Notes: generated from the letters alone by a model not told the origin. Shown: positions 1 to 9,547, counted from the stretch's first letter. The stretch is 64,000 nucleotides of DNA from Patescibacteria group bacterium (GCA_041660165.1 JBAZWW010000001.1:169035-233034), one strand, 5' to 3'. A program made the numbers and translations.

Positions 1-1
1 C

Positions 2-1165
2 GCCTCGCAGAATTACGGCATCAGCCCGCGCTTCCTCCTGGTTCTCCTCCAAAAAGAACAAAGCCTCATTTCTGATAATGACCCCTCAAGCAAACAGTTG
101 GATTGGGCCACAGGCTACGCCATTTGCGATTCATGCGACCTTGCTGACCCCGCGTTCAGCCGGTGGCAAGGCTTTGGCAAGCAAGTGAATTCCGCCGCGC
201 TCCAGTTTATGGATGGCTACATGGCGGACATTACGCAGAAAGGCAGAACCGCCGGCAGTTACGGCCCCGGCGTTCCAGTTGTCGTGGACGGCACCACAAT
301 TATTCCCGCAAACGCGGCTACGGCATCCCTCTACGCCTACACCCCGCACCTTCATGGCAACAAAAACTTTTCGGCTATTTGGAATTCTTGGTTTGGCCGT
401 GATTATCCGGACGGAACGCTCATGCAAGTCCCTGGCGAAAAGGGCGTCTGGCTCTTACAGGATGGCTACCGCCGAGCAATTACGAGCCAAGCGGCCTTGC
501 GTTCGCGCTTCAATGCTTCGCTCGTCGTGAATGTATCGCATGACGTTCTTGATCGTTTTCCAGACGGCCACGCCATCAGCCTGCCAAACTACACCATCGT
601 CAAAGACGATAACGGCAAGATCTCGCTTCTTGTTGATGATGCCCTGCGCCATATTGACACCATGGAAACGTATCACGCAGTTGGCTTCTCTGAGGACGAA
701 ATAGTCGGGATCTCAAACGATGAAGCCGGGCAATATGAGGTGGGCGAGGAAATTACGTCAAAATCCCTCTACCCCCAGGGACGGTTGCTCCAGCTCAAAA
801 CAAATGGCGCTGTGTTCTATGTTGCAGACGGGACGCGCCACGCCATACTTGACAAATCCGTCATGACAGCGCGGTTTCCCGGCGCAACGCTTTTCCCAAT
901 CGCTCCAGTGGAGGTCGAGCAATTCAAAGAAGGCAAAGCCCTTGGCATGCCGGACGGCTCGCTCGTAAAAATTCCTGATGACCCAACGGTATACGTCATC
1001 ACGGACGGAATGAAGCGCGCCATCCCCACAGAATCCATCTTCACGTCATACGGTTACGCTTGGAAAAATATTGTTACCGTCACGCCCTCAGTCTTAAAAC
1101 TGCATCCCCCTGGCGATCCCCTTTCAACCTCAGCAGACGATCAAGTAAAGACCGCCAACAGATAA
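2..1165 (+). CDS. hypothetical protein, 5' truncated by the window edge
   Basis: The reading frame is open from position 2 with no upstream stop; the ORF track Met is at 98. No recognisable catalytic motifs. Confidence 0.45.
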   Translation, partial: ASQNYGISPRFLLVLLQKEQSLISDNDPSSKQLDWATGYAICDSCDLADPAFSRWQGFGKQVNSAALQFMDGYMADITQKGRTAGSYGPGVPVVVDGTTIIPANAATASLYAYTPHLHGNKNFSAIWNSWFGRDYPDGTLMQVPGEKGVWLLQDGYRRAITSQAALRSRFNASLVVNVSHDVLDRFPDGHAISLPNYTIVKDDNGKISLLVDDALRHIDTMETYHAVGFSEDEIVGISNDEAGQYEVGEEITSKSLYPQGRLLQLKTNGAVFYVADGTRHAILDKSVMTARFPGATLFPIAPVEVEQFKEGKALGMPDGSLVKIPDDPTVYVITDGMKRAIPTESIFTSYGYAWKNIVTVTPSVLKLHPPGDPLSTSADDQVKTANR

Positions 1166-1169
1166 TCCT

Positions 1170-1925
1170 ATGCTTGTCTTTGCCGGCTTCATCCCGCATT
1201 CTCCGCTCCTCATGGAGAGCGTAAACACAAAGCGCCTTCATGAGGCAGACAAAACGCTGTCCGCGCTTGATGCGTTTGCTGATGAACTCTTCACAGCGCG
1301 TCCCGATACCATTGTCATTCTGGCTGAAAGCCCCACCATGTATGAGGACGCTTTTTCTCTCAATGTTGCGGATCCATTCACGGCGGATCTCTCGGCGGTG
1401 GGAGATCTTGGCTATCACAAAACGTATCACCCAGACTTTGGCTTTATTGATAGCCTGCAAAGATTCGCCCGCCAAAATAACGTTCCCGTTTCGCTTTCTA
1501 CGGATGAGCATCTGCCGTTTCAGACAACCGTCCCCCTGCATTTTGCCACTCGTCATCTCAAAGATGTCCGGGTCGTCCCCATCGCTCCCTGCAGTCTGGA
1601 CGGTAAGGCGCATTTTGCGTTCGGTAACACGCTTAAGCATTTAGTCATGGATAGTAACAAACGAATCGCAGTCATCGCCTCCGGTGACATGTCCCATGTT
1701 GAAGATGCAGTTTTTGACGAGCGTCTGCTCACCATCCTCAGGGAACATAACGCCTCCGGACTACTCCAGCTTGATCCTGATCTGATTGCAGGCGCAATAG
1801 ACACGTCCTACCGGCAAATCGCCATGCTCTTTGGCGTGCTTGATGGCGTTGGTACCACAGCCGAAGTGCTCAGCTATGAAAAACCTTTCGGCGCTGGTTT
1901 TGCGGTCGTGAACTTTATCCTGTGA
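1170..1925 (+). CDS. LigB-family (class III extradiol dioxygenase / MEMO1-like) protein
   Basis: An ASGDMSH motif (SxDxSH, typical of the LigB/MEMO fold) and DEHLPFQTTVPLHF. No radical-SAM partner is nearby. Confidence 0.5.
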   Translation: MLVFAGFIPHSPLLMESVNTKRLHEADKTLSALDAFADELFTARPDTIVILAESPTMYEDAFSLNVADPFTADLSAVGDLGYHKTYHPDFGFIDSLQRFARQNNVPVSLSTDEHLPFQTTVPLHFATRHLKDVRVVPIAPCSLDGKAHFAFGNTLKHLVMDSNKRIAVIASGDMSHVEDAVFDERLLTILREHNASGLLQLDPDLIAGAIDTSYRQIAMLFGVLDGVGTTAEVLSYEKPFGAGFAVVNFIL

Positions 1926-3718
1926 TCGCTGAAGTGTTTCCTAATCTTCGCCTCCCCCGCCGTTTTTCTTTTTTCGATTACAAAATTCCTGATTCAATGA
2001 CGGTTGCTGTTGGCGACCTGGTGGCGATTCCATTCCGCGGGCGCGAAATCATTGGTCTGGTTGCGCACACAAAAGAAACGTCCGCCGAGCGCAAGCTTTC
2101 ACAACTCGCAAACGTAGTCCACCGAAGCTGGTGCGAACCTGAGGACATCGTCCGCCTAGAAACCATCGCTCGCGCCATCGTGCAATCCCCCGCCAGCCTG
2201 TTTCACGGAATTTTCGATGGGGTAGGAACAAGTGATGCAAAACAAAATTACATAAGACTCTTATATAATTCGCTATCCGTAAAAAAAATTGACGTAGAGC
2301 AAGTGGGCGAGATCTTAAAATCCCCCGATCGAGTCCAGACCGTTTTCGGCGACAAAGTCCTCGGGGCAGTACTCGCAAGCGCGCTCGTCAAAACAACAAC
2401 GGGACAGTGTCTGTTCCTCGTCCCCACTGAAAAGGACGCGAAGGATCTGCAAACGGCTATCAAGTCCTCGGTTGTCTATCACGGTCACATTAAACCGAGG
2501 GACCGAGCCAGCATCGCTCGCGCCTGGCATGAGGGCAAGATCCGCATCCTTGTCGGCACGCGCGGAGCCTCACTCATCCCCGCGCATGAGCTGTCCGCCG
2601 TTGTCGTGCTCGACTCTGCAAACGACGAGCATGCCAGCACTCGCCGTAACCCGCGGTTTGACGCCCGCGAAGCCGTTAAACTACTGGCCTCCCAGCACTC
2701 CGCTCGCCTCTTCTTCGTGGATCCCCTCCCCCGGCTCGAAGAGCTCGCTCCCAGTCTCCCCGCCGTACGGGCGAGGCTCGCCTCGCCCCCTTCATTCCAG
2801 ATCATCGATCTCCGCAACGCTCTCCTCAGATCCGATGATCCCCTCTTAACCGAGCCCCTGCTTGAAGGCATAGAATCCGCTTTACAGAGCGGAAAAAAAG
2901 TGCTACTTTTTCTCAATCGCAAGGGCGTAGCCAAGCGTCTCCAGTGCGGAGCCTGCGGGCACATTCCCCTCTGCGGAACCTGCGGGAACGTTCCCTCCGT
3001 CAGGCTCGATGACCTGGTCTGCGATAGATGCGGAACAGAAATGTGGATCCCTAAAAATTGTCCAGCATGCGGAAAAGCAAAACTGGCCATGAAGGGCATA
3101 GGCGGAGCCAAGATTGCCGAGATCTTGCGCACACGGTTTTCTGACGCCACCGTTGGGCAAATCGAGAAGGGAAAAATTGAAAATCCCTACGCTCCCATCG
3201 TCATTGTCACCGAGTATTTCTTCAGCTCATTCCTTGATCCTTTCAAACACCTGAATCTTGGCCTAGTGGCCGACCTGGCCGGAGACATGGGCATTCACGG
3301 CGCGGACTTTCGCGGGGCCGAGAAAACCGCGCGCAAGTTGCATCGGTTACTCGCCTTCGCCAAACGCGAGAACGCCAACTGCATCTTGCAGACCTGGCTT
3401 CCTGATGTTCTGACGCCCATGTTGAATCTCGATACATTCATCAAAGACGAGCTCGAACTCCGTCAGCGCTATCAGCTCCCGCCGTTCTCCTCAAGATACG
3501 TCCTCGAAGGCGCCAAGATTGGAGAGCTCCCCGAAGCCCTGCGATCAATCGCCCGCGAACATGATGAAACAGTTGAAATTCGACCCCTCGTCACCTCGGG
3601 GTGTGATCCAACCCCTTCTAACCCTTTATCACCCTCTCTAACCCTCCTCCCAGATTCAGTGAAAATCACCCTCGATGGCCCCTATGAAATCCCTCCCCGT
3701 TCTCCACAACCCGAATAA
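1922..3718 (+). CDS. priA: primosomal protein N' (PriA)-like, helicase motifs degenerate
   Basis: The N-terminal 3'-DNA-binding domain (FDYKIPDSMTVAVGDLVAIPFRGREIIGLV) and the PriA Cys4-Cys4 zinc motif (CGACGHIPLCGTCG...CDRCG...CPACG) are present. The Walker A position reads ALVKTT instead of GxGKT. GTG start overlapping the upstream stop (GTGA). Confidence 0.6.
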   Translation: MIAEVFPNLRLPRRFSFFDYKIPDSMTVAVGDLVAIPFRGREIIGLVAHTKETSAERKLSQLANVVHRSWCEPEDIVRLETIARAIVQSPASLFHGIFDGVGTSDAKQNYIRLLYNSLSVKKIDVEQVGEILKSPDRVQTVFGDKVLGAVLASALVKTTTGQCLFLVPTEKDAKDLQTAIKSSVVYHGHIKPRDRASIARAWHEGKIRILVGTRGASLIPAHELSAVVVLDSANDEHASTRRNPRFDAREAVKLLASQHSARLFFVDPLPRLEELAPSLPAVRARLASPPSFQIIDLRNALLRSDDPLLTEPLLEGIESALQSGKKVLLFLNRKGVAKRLQCGACGHIPLCGTCGNVPSVRLDDLVCDRCGTEMWIPKNCPACGKAKLAMKGIGGAKIAEILRTRFSDATVGQIEKGKIENPYAPIVIVTEYFFSSFLDPFKHLNLGLVADLAGDMGIHGADFRGAEKTARKLHRLLAFAKRENANCILQTWLPDVLTPMLNLDTFIKDELELRQRYQLPPFSSRYVLEGAKIGELPEALRSIAREHDETVEIRPLVTSGCDPTPSNPLSPSLTLLPDSVKITLDGPYEIPPRSPQPE

Positions 3719-4163
3719 AGAACTTCGCGTTGTCTCCACGCCGGTTGCTTTGGATAGGCTGGGCACGAAAGACTTCAAAACGTTGGTTGGAGAGCTCAAG
3801 GCCACCATGAAAGAAGAAAACGGCGTTGGCATTGCGGCTCCGCAGGTAGGCGTTCATGATCGGCTGATCATTGCAGAAACAAAAGCCGGCCCAACCGCCT
3901 TCATCAATCCAGAAATTGTCGAACGTTCCTTTAAGCTAGTGGAGGGTGAAGAAGGCTGTCTGTCCGTCCCTGGGGTGTGGGGCCTTGTCAAACGCCACCG
4001 TTCAGTTACCGTTAAGGCTATCCAAGAGGACGGCACGCCCATTGGTCTGAAAGCCACGGGCTTGCTCGCTATCATTTTCCAACATGAAATCGACCACCTT
4101 GACGGCATCCTTTTTATTGACCGTGCCACAGAGTTGCGAAAGACCGGTTCATCCCGGATCTAA
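3675..4163 (+). CDS. def: peptide deformylase
   Basis: GIAAPQVG, EGCLSVPG and HEIDHLDG motifs. Confidence 0.92.
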   Translation: MAPMKSLPVLHNPNKELRVVSTPVALDRLGTKDFKTLVGELKATMKEENGVGIAAPQVGVHDRLIIAETKAGPTAFINPEIVERSFKLVEGEEGCLSVPGVWGLVKRHRSVTVKAIQEDGTPIGLKATGLLAIIFQHEIDHLDGILFIDRATELRKTGSSRI

Positions 4164-4170
4164 GCTCCGC

Positions 4171-5013
4171 GTGGCCTTCTTTGGCACGCCTGACTTCTCT
4201 GCCCGGTTCCTCCAGGGTCTTATTGAGGACCCGTATTTCGAGGTTGTTGGCGTCATTACACAACCGGATGAACCCGTTGGCCGAAAAAAGATTTTGACCG
4301 CTCCGCCAACTAAAATCCTGGCACTTGAAAAGTGTATTCAGGTCTTCCAACCCGTTAAAATGAAGGATGAGGAATTCCTGAAGGCTGTCGAGTCCCTCAA
4401 GGCCGACGTCTTCATAATCGTCGCTTACGGTCGTATCCTTCCCCAGGCGCTTCTCGAACTCCCCAGGTTAGGCTGTATCAATGTTCACCCCTCGCTCCTC
4501 CCCAAGTGGCGCGGACCGTCCCCCATGCAGTCAGCCATCGTCGCCGGAGACAGCGAGACAGGCATCTCGGTGATGAAAATCGACGCCGAGATGGACCATG
4601 GTCCAATCCTCGCGCAAAAGGCCATTGCGCTACAGCCGAGTGAAACCGTCGAGTCGCTGACCAACACCGTGGTTCACGTTGGCGTCCCCCTTTTACTCGA
4701 AACTCTGAAAACCTATCACGCCGGGATGATCAAACCGGTCGAACAGGATCACTCACGGGCCACTTTCTGCAAATTGCTTACCCGAGAAGACGGTCAGATC
4801 AACCTCGTCGACGACCCGAAAATCCTCGACCAAAAAATCCGCGCCTACAACCCTTGGCCAGGCACCTGGACAATTCTAGAACGCGCCGGCAAGCCTTTGC
4901 GCGTAAAAATCCTCAAAGCAAAACTCGAGCAGGGTATGCTCGAGCTTACTCAGGTCCAGCCCGAAGGCGGAAAGCCCATGACCTGGGCGGACTTTGAACG
5001 TGGGCAACGATAG
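4171..5013 (+). CDS. fmt: methionyl-tRNA formyltransferase
   Basis: RVAFFGTPDF and NVHPSLLPKWRGPSPMQSAI motifs. The ORF-track Met at 4084 would overlap def by 80 nt, so a GTG at 4171 just after the def stop is the more likely start. Confidence 0.88.
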   Translation: MAFFGTPDFSARFLQGLIEDPYFEVVGVITQPDEPVGRKKILTAPPTKILALEKCIQVFQPVKMKDEEFLKAVESLKADVFIIVAYGRILPQALLELPRLGCINVHPSLLPKWRGPSPMQSAIVAGDSETGISVMKIDAEMDHGPILAQKAIALQPSETVESLTNTVVHVGVPLLLETLKTYHAGMIKPVEQDHSRATFCKLLTREDGQINLVDDPKILDQKIRAYNPWPGTWTILERAGKPLRVKILKAKLEQGMLELTQVQPEGGKPMTWADFERGQR

Positions 5014-5016
5014 CTC

Positions 5017-5535
5017 TTAGAGTGGCAGAGCCGAAATTGTGTACGTCCCGGCACAGACCTCCTTTTCGGCGGCATCAGCGCAGGTGAGCGTGGCGGTGTC
5101 TGCACCGTAGGGCACCATCATTTTGCAATCTACATTCTTTCCGTCCACGGTTTTTCCCTTGAAGAGCATGCTTCCTGTGTTGGAGGATGAACGGTCATCA
5201 ATAACCGCACCCTTATCCATCATCATGAAATTATTTCCAGGAGCTGGCGGGGAATATGTAAGCGTGGAGTATGGAAGCTTCGTGACACAGGTGCCAGCAG
5301 GATTTGAAAACGTGAGCGCGCTGTACTTTCCAATGATGCCGAAAAGATCTGACTTCACTTCGGAAAACTTCACTGGGCCTTTTGGCGCTTCCGCAACAGG
5401 TGCCGGGACCTCGGCGGGAACGTTTGCTGTTGGAGCAACATTTGACGAAGGTGAAGGAGCCTGACCTGCACAGCCCGCGCCCGTAAGCGCCACAGCTACC
5501 ACCGCAACTCCGAGAAACTTCCGGTAATCCATCAT
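5017..5535 (-). CDS. hypothetical secreted protein / putative lipoprotein
   Basis: N-terminal signal peptide with an LTGAGC lipobox-like segment, followed by a Pro/Ala-rich region. Confidence 0.4.
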   Translation of the reverse strand: MMDYRKFLGVAVVAVALTGAGCAGQAPSPSSNVAPTANVPAEVPAPVAEAPKGPVKFSEVKSDLFGIIGKYSALTFSNPAGTCVTKLPYSTLTYSPPAPGNNFMMMDKGAVIDDRSSSNTGSMLFKGKTVDGKNVDCKMMVPYGADTATLTCADAAEKEVCAGTYTISALPL

Positions 5536-7118
5536 AAACCATTCTTAAAGAATTTCCTGAAGTATACCAGGGCCGGCTTAAGGGGTGAATACTCGTGATC
5601 AACAGCCTTCACTGTGACTATTTTTCCGCTCGCCCAGCTGTAGAAAATTACTGGTAAAAGGATAAGGCTGAGGCCAAGAGGGTGATTCAAATAAGGGGTG
5701 AAGATATGCGTCACCAGCACAAAAATAATCATCGAAATCATCCCGACAGGGATCCATCTGTCAGCAGATCCTTTTTGTAAAAGATACATTGTAGCGTTAG
5801 CAAAAGAGACGGCAATCGCAAGAACACCCAGAAGGCCGAACACACCCATTTTCAACCAAAGATCCTGATAGCCCCACTCGAATCTGTAGGTAGTCCACTC
5901 TCCAGTTCCATTAATAGCTCTCACTCTCGGATCATCAGATACGAACGTCACTTCTTTCCCAAACCCCGCTCCAATAATTGGCGACTTCATGATCTCGACC
6001 ATCATTGGCGGTAACAAATTCCAACGGCTCGACACAGCTAGTTCGCGCGCTCCCCCATCATCTCCTTTATAAAAGGGGCTGGCCGTAAAGTCAGGCCGAA
6101 TCGGCAACGGGAAAACAACAATGAGCCATAACAACCCTATGGCCGAGCATTGCATGAGACCGAGCACAAATGATCGCAGAACAATCGTCTTCAGCTTTGC
6201 TCGAGTAGCAACGAGCAAAATGATGAACACGAGCGCGCCAATGACCGCGCCGATCATAAAACTTCGGGACAAGCTCGCAGAAATGCCAGCAAGAAGAACG
6301 GCGTGAACAAGCCAAATGTTCTTCTCGATCTTCTCCGAAAAATACGTAGCCGAAGCAAAGATGAACTCAAAAGCAAGAACCACAATTTGGCTCTGCTCGA
6401 ATACTCGGAAGTACCAAGCACCCGTTGGGAATAAACCGGCGAGAGAACTCGGCGCTGTTAAGATGGTGATCTCGGCCAACCGCGCGTCCCGCACAAACGT
6501 GTAGAGATGCGAGAGGAACTTGCCGGGCAAATGCGTAAAGGCGAACAGAAGGCCGAGCGTTGACAAGGCAACCCAAACTGCCGAGACCGCCAGGGTCATC
6601 AGCATCAAGCGCTTCTTCTCACCGTCCCAAGCGATCGAGAGAATCGGCAAGATGTAGAGCACCAAGAGATACGAATTAAAATCGTCAAAGGCCTTGCCCG
6701 GTTCGTTCTGCAGAAAACCAACAATCCCGCCGAGCACAATCGCCGTACCGAATATAATCCACGGCACGTCTCGTCGAGGATTCAATCGCAGTGTCATCCT
6801 GAGCCCGTTCGACGGGCGAAGGATCTGAATTATCCATCCCAGCATCACCCCACCGAATATCACCATCCGAATGGACACCGGCAGACCAATCGACGACAGA
6901 TCAAACAAATGCCCGTGGCCACCAACGAATATCTCGAGGAATGCGAAGGCAAGTCCCCACTCAAGACGCTTAATTGAGAGACCGAGCGCCACCACGAACC
7001 CCGCGGATACGGGAATAATTGACCACCAAGAATGCTGGACAAGCACAGCCAAAAGATGCGCGCCTAGAAGACCGACGAGTACGTACAGTGATCGTTTGTC
7101 GAAGAATTGAGATAGCAT
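5532..7118 (-). CDS. O-antigen ligase (Wzy_C) family polytopic membrane protein
   Basis: About 12 TM helices and an SLSRSFMIGAVIG motif resembling the Wzy_C TxSRgaWlal signature. Start taken at Met22 of the ORF-track protein (MLSQFF) to avoid overlap with the DUF2207 gene. Contains an in-frame repeat-derived segment (see findings). Confidence 0.55.
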   Translation of the reverse strand: MLSQFFDKRSLYVLVGLLGAHLLAVLVQHSWWSIIPVSAGFVVALGLSIKRLEWGLAFAFLEIFVGGHGHLFDLSSIGLPVSIRMVIFGGVMLGWIIQILRPSNGLRMTLRLNPRRDVPWIIFGTAIVLGGIVGFLQNEPGKAFDDFNSYLLVLYILPILSIAWDGEKKRLMLMTLAVSAVWVALSTLGLLFAFTHLPGKFLSHLYTFVRDARLAEITILTAPSSLAGLFPTGAWYFRVFEQSQIVVLAFEFIFASATYFSEKIEKNIWLVHAVLLAGISASLSRSFMIGAVIGALVFIILLVATRAKLKTIVLRSFVLGLMQCSAIGLLWLIVVFPLPIRPDFTASPFYKGDDGGARELAVSSRWNLLPPMMVEIMKSPIIGAGFGKEVTFVSDDPRVRAINGTGEWTTYRFEWGYQDLWLKMGVFGLLGVLAIAVSFANATMYLLQKGSADRWIPVGMISMIIFVLVTHIFTPYLNHPLGLSLILLPVIFYSWASGKIVTVKAVDHEYSPLKPALVYFRKFFKNGL

Positions 7119-7119
7119 A

Positions 7120-8895
7120 TTACCAACTCCCTCCCCCGCCACCGCCCGAACCACCGCCCGACGAACCACCAGAAAACCCACTGCTCGAATGCGGAACCGA
7201 GCTTGTCACCACCTGGCTCCATGAATTATTCAACTGCGCCAGGTTATGCGTCAGCAACATACTTGAAAACGCTCCATGGTTGGCATCCTCATACCACGTT
7301 GGCGCGGTCTTATAGAGCCCCTCAAACTTCGTGGCCCACTGTTCCTCAGCCCCCAACACCATAGCGTACGGCAAGAACTTTTCAAACATTTCCGGCTCCA
7401 GCTTTGGCGCGTTCAAGAGCTTCAGCTTGTCCATCTCCGTCAGCTTCAAAAATTCCTGGAAGCCAGCAATCTTTGCTTGCGCGTCAGCTCCCTTTGGCGT
7501 CAATTGGTTTGTCAGCCGGCCGGAAATCATCATGCGAATAATCACAAACGCCACAATCGGGAACATGAGAAGAATGCCAAGCCCGGCGGTCAAGAAACTT
7601 ACAATGACCGTGCCCACAACCAGGACCGTTGAAATAATCGCCAGCTGTTTATTCATCTTGTCTGCCTTCTCCTTGGCGGAAATATCGAAATAACCCGCAG
7701 TCCGCAAATGCTCCTCTGTCTTGGCCGTAATGTCTTTAATCTGATCCTCGTAATCAAGAGCCTTCTCCATGAGATCACTGACGAGTATGCTCGAACGTTT
7801 GTCGAACAACATATCAAACAAAATCTTCTCACCAGGATGCTTCAACGATGAACCTTCCTTAAGTTTGACGAGCTCAAAATCTTTTTTATCAGGCCAAAAC
7901 GGAATCTCCTTTACGGTATAGCGAATTTTCAGGTAGCCTCGAACAGCGAGATCAAGGATGATCGATGAAACATCTTTCCTATCAACGGATCTATCGAGTA
8001 TTGTGCCCACATCAATCGGCGCCAAACCGTTCGGCGGTTCATACGCCACCACCACCGGCCCTTTGTATCCAGGCTTTGAGAAAATCCTTGAAATAGCAAA
8101 CACGATGAAGCCAATAAGAGAAATGATGAACAAAAGCGGAATTAACAGAAATAACCAATCAGTGCCGGACACCGTAATGTCCTGAATCGTGGAACGCAAT
8201 CCGTCGCTCGGAATAACAGTATCATTCACAATGCCAAGCGGAATGCCGAGTACAATTGTTAAGCCCTCGCCGGCCTCCAGCGGTTTGGTGGTGAAATAAA
8301 TCGCCTTCCCCGGGAAATCAGCCGGCGTGCATTGCTTGTCAGTGCTACCTGCCGGACCAGTAAAACAATCTACCTGCTCAGCCACTGCTGGACCAGGCAC
8401 AAAAACAGAAGCCGAGGCCTTTTTTATCCCTACCGGCCAACCGTTACCCGTCACATTCCAATACAGCTCGTCATGATCCTCAAATGGCCGAATGACATTC
8501 GTCACCGTGTAATCAATCACATACGTCTTCACTCCGCTCACTGTCTTGTTCGCCTCACCGATTTTAAGGTCGAGTATGCTGTTATTCGTTGACTCAACAT
8601 AATGGTACGGCTGGCCGTTTCCGTCTTTCACACTATTCACGCTGATGCCAATGTCAGGGCCGTCAACTGCGGTCAGCGGAATATCGCGAAAAATTCCGTG
8701 CTTCTGATTATCGCCAAAGTTATATTCAATGATCTCGGTCACCTGAATTGCGCCGTCCGCCTGGAGCACGATTGAGGAGGTAAAGTTATCAATCACCTCA
8801 TCACTCGCGTACGCGTTTGCATGAACCGCGAAAAATGCGAAAACGAAAACTCCAAGCGCGCACGCGATTCTGGCAATGCTTCGCTCAGGTTTCAT
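7120..8895 (-). CDS. DUF2207 domain membrane protein
   Basis: Signal peptide, extracellular domain, TM helices and a glycine-rich C-terminus (SGGSSGGGSGGGGGGSW). Lies downstream of LemA, as is typical. Confidence 0.75.
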   Translation of the reverse strand: MKPERSIARIACALGVFVFAFFAVHANAYASDEVIDNFTSSIVLQADGAIQVTEIIEYNFGDNQKHGIFRDIPLTAVDGPDIGISVNSVKDGNGQPYHYVESTNNSILDLKIGEANKTVSGVKTYVIDYTVTNVIRPFEDHDELYWNVTGNGWPVGIKKASASVFVPGPAVAEQVDCFTGPAGSTDKQCTPADFPGKAIYFTTKPLEAGEGLTIVLGIPLGIVNDTVIPSDGLRSTIQDITVSGTDWLFLLIPLLFIISLIGFIVFAISRIFSKPGYKGPVVVAYEPPNGLAPIDVGTILDRSVDRKDVSSIILDLAVRGYLKIRYTVKEIPFWPDKKDFELVKLKEGSSLKHPGEKILFDMLFDKRSSILVSDLMEKALDYEDQIKDITAKTEEHLRTAGYFDISAKEKADKMNKQLAIISTVLVVGTVIVSFLTAGLGILLMFPIVAFVIIRMMISGRLTNQLTPKGADAQAKIAGFQEFLKLTEMDKLKLLNAPKLEPEMFEKFLPYAMVLGAEEQWATKFEGLYKTAPTWYEDANHGAFSSMLLTHNLAQLNNSWSQVVTSSVPHSSSGFSGGSSGGGSGGGGGGSW

Positions 8896-8903
8896 AATCG
8901 TAT

Positions 8904-9467
8904 TTAGAAGGCTACGTTCACGTTCTGCTTTTCCTTCTCCTCGGCCCCAAAGAACTCGCCGGTCTTGAAACCGAGCAATGGAGCGATGATGTTCGAGGGG
9001 AAAACCTGCACCGCATTATTCATCTCACGCACCGTGGCATTGTAGTAACGACGAGCAGACTGAATGTCGTTTTCGAGAGAAGAGAGCTGTTCCTGAAGCT
9101 GTTTGAAATTTTCCGAGGCCTTGAGGTCAGGATAGCCCTCGGCCACTGCAAACAAGCTCTTGAGTGCGCCGGACAACATCGTTTCCGCTTGTGCTCGGCC
9201 AGCAATCGCTCCAGACGGAACGCTCATAGCGTTCGAGCGAGCCTTAGTCACTTCTTCGAGCACCGAGGACTCATGCGCTTTATAACCTTTTACGGTTTCG
9301 ACCAAGTTCGGCACAAGGTCATAACGTCGTTTTAACTGCACATCAATGTCTGACAGCGCGTTCTTCGTTCTGTTTCTGTAGCTCACAAGCTTGTTAAAGA
9401 TGAGCACAATCCAGCCAAGAATCAGCACCCCAACCACTAAAATAAGAATAGGCATATTGTCTGTCAT
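8904..9467 (-). CDS. lemA: LemA family protein
   Basis: N-terminal TM helix, then ALSDIDVQLKRRYDLVPNLVETVKGY, the conserved LemA core. Confidence 0.88.
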   Translation of the reverse strand: MTDNMPILILVVGVLILGWIVLIFNKLVSYRNRTKNALSDIDVQLKRRYDLVPNLVETVKGYKAHESSVLEEVTKARSNAMSVPSGAIAGRAQAETMLSGALKSLFAVAEGYPDLKASENFKQLQEQLSSLENDIQSARRYYNATVREMNNAVQVFPSNIIAPLLGFKTGEFFGAEEKEKQNVNVAF

Positions 9468-9545
9468 CTCGAGCGTAGCGAGAGATCTGATTGGCCGATG
9501 CCCCTGATTGCCAATTCAGATCCCTCCTTACGTCGGGATGACAAT
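9466..9545. repeat. palindromic dispersed repeat (GTCATCYYGAG...GAGAGATCTGATTGGCC family), hairpin-forming
   Basis: GTCATCTCGAGCGTAGCGAGAGATCTGATTGGCC pairs with GCCAATTCAGATCCCTCCTTACGTCGGGATGAC. Intergenic, between lemA and GT2. Confidence 0.7.
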
Positions 9546-9547
9546 AA

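Noticed and set aside
4084-4170. fmt start at the ORF-track Met 4084
   Set aside because: That start would overlap def by 80 nt in another frame, and the N-terminal 27 residues are not fmt-like. GTG at 4171 immediately after the def stop precedes the conserved RVAFFGTPDF.
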